Source: Candidatus Helarchaeota archaeon (lineage in GTDB: Archaea > Asgardarchaeota > Lokiarchaeia > Helarchaeales > RDOG01). Taken from it: a stretch of 15,817 bases of DNA. Shown piece after piece: positions 15,038 through 15,817 of this stretch. The stretch is from the NCBI GenBank assembly GCA_029838215.1, contig JALGVI010000092.1, positions 1-15,817 on the forward strand. The letters run 5' to 3'. The stretch's first letter is position 1; every line of letters begins with the position of its first letter. The notes under the pieces are model-generated. The model did not search any database. It saw only the letters and a list, made by a program, of their open reading frames with translations, and had not been told where the DNA came from. A program made the position numbers and the translations under genes.

Positions 15038-15817
15038 TCATTTCTTTTTCGTGAGGTTTTCAAATCCGATTACTGCAGCACCTATTGCACCAGAAATTTG
15101 AGGATCTTCAGGAGAGTATATGGGTCTTTTCAATTCTTCTTCAATGGCTTTTCTGACACCTTCATTTTTTGCGACACCGCCTTGAAAAACGACTTTATCA
15201 TTAATTGGAAGCCGTTTTGCCATCCCGACTACTCTTTTTGCAATAGAACGATGAATGCCTGCGATGATGTCTTCTTTTTTCGTTCCTTTTGAGAATAGAG
15301 AAATGATTTCACTTTCTGCAAATACCGTGCACATTGAGCTAATTTGAGCAGGGTCTTTACTTTGAGAAGACAACTTACCCATGTCATTGATATTCACGGA
15401 AAGGGCATTTGCCATGACTTCAAGGAATCTTCCCGTTCCTGCTGCACATTTATCATTCATTGCAAAATCCAAGACTTTTCCATTTTTTCCAATCACGATC
15501 GCCTTTGAATCCTGTCCGCCTATGTCGATCACGAATCGAATATCATCACCAAAGAAAAAATTAGCACCTTTTGCGTGGGCGGATATTTCTGTTATGGTCT
15601 TATCGCCAAAATTGATGGAATATCTTCCATAACCCGTTCCTATTATGATATCTACATCGGATTTTTTCAAATCCGCTGCTTCTAACGCTTTTTGATACAC
15701 TTCACTCCCGACACGTTCAAATTCATGACCGCTTCGAGAAATAAAATACCCAATCATTTTAGAGCCATCATAAAATGCGCATTTCGTGGATAACGAACCA
15801 ATATCTATACCTGCACT
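15038..15817 (-). CDS. 2-hydroxyacyl-CoA dehydratase activator / benzoyl-CoA reductase ATPase (HgdC, BadF/BadG/BcrA/BcrD family), 5' end truncated by the window
   Basis: The frame stays open past the ORF-track ATG15757 to the window edge, reading SAGIDIGSLSTKCAFYDGSK (ASKHA phosphate-1 motif). Also GTGYGR, EISAHAKGA, DIGGQDSK, [4Fe-4S] ligands NDKCAAGTGRFLE and SSMCTVFAESE, and GGVAKN. Confidence 0.94.
   Translation of the reverse strand, partial: SAGIDIGSLSTKCAFYDGSKMIGYFISRSGHEFERVGSEVYQKALEAADLKKSDVDIIIGTGYGRYSINFGDKTITEISAHAKGANFFFGDDIRFVIDIGGQDSKAIVIGKNGKVLDFAMNDKCAAGTGRFLEVMANALSVNINDMGKLSSQSKDPAQISSMCTVFAESEIISLFSKGTKKEDIIAGIHRSIAKRVVGMAKRLPINDKVVFQGGVAKNEGVRKAIEEELKRPIYSPEDPQISGAIGAAVIGFENLTKKK

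Noticed and set aside
487-15632. Short antisense or alternate-frame ORFs in the track (e.g. 487-816, 2034-2231, 4440-4676, 7927-8124, 9082-9504, 10260-10454, 13171-13392, 15381-15632)
   Set aside because: All overlap well-supported genes and have shadow-ORF composition with no motifs or SD.
15038-15757. ATG15757 as start of the dehydratase activator
   Set aside because: The essential GIDIGS phosphate-binding motif is in frame upstream; the gene continues beyond the window.
1-15817. CRISPR array, tRNA/rRNA, IS element, integrase or prophage
   Set aside because: No regularly spaced direct repeats, cloverleaf, transposase/integrase motif or TIR-plus-target-duplication pattern seen; intergenic gaps are short and AT-rich.

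Overview
AT-rich archaeal chromosomal window with 16 supportable CDSs, mostly housekeeping. No rRNA, tRNA, CRISPR array or transposase was recognised. Archaeal identity rests on a class I CCA-adding enzyme, a single-KOW Spt5, SecE/Sec61-gamma, FtsZ1, a Bat-type HTH regulator, BRE/TATA promoters and GGTG/GGAGG Shine-Dalgarno sites. An Asgard (Loki/Hel-like) origin is my inference from gene content and a probable Roadblock-fold protein; it is not proven. Gene order: larA(+), cca(-), probable Roadblock-like protein(+), MoxR ATPase + VWA pair(+), HTH regulator(+), secE-spt5-tmk(+), ftsZ1(-), 161-aa coiled-coil protein(-), HAD phosphatase(+), polytopic membrane protein(-), pyrF(-), AAA_14/DUF4143 ATPase(-), and a 5'-truncated 2-hydroxyacyl-CoA dehydratase activator(-). 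Best leads: (1) a hendecad/heptad coiled-coil protein with charge-complementary halves and a C-terminal Gly-Gly next to ftsZ1; (2) Spt5 with a 64-aa acidic C-terminal tail; (3) an interlocked double inverted repeat between pyrF and the membrane-protein gene; (4) a divergent Roadblock-like protein with an internal duplication; (5) helically phased TTGCAA boxes around the leaderless promoter of the AAA_14/DUF4143 gene. Family assignments and reference-sequence comparisons come from motif recognition and memory; no searches were run.
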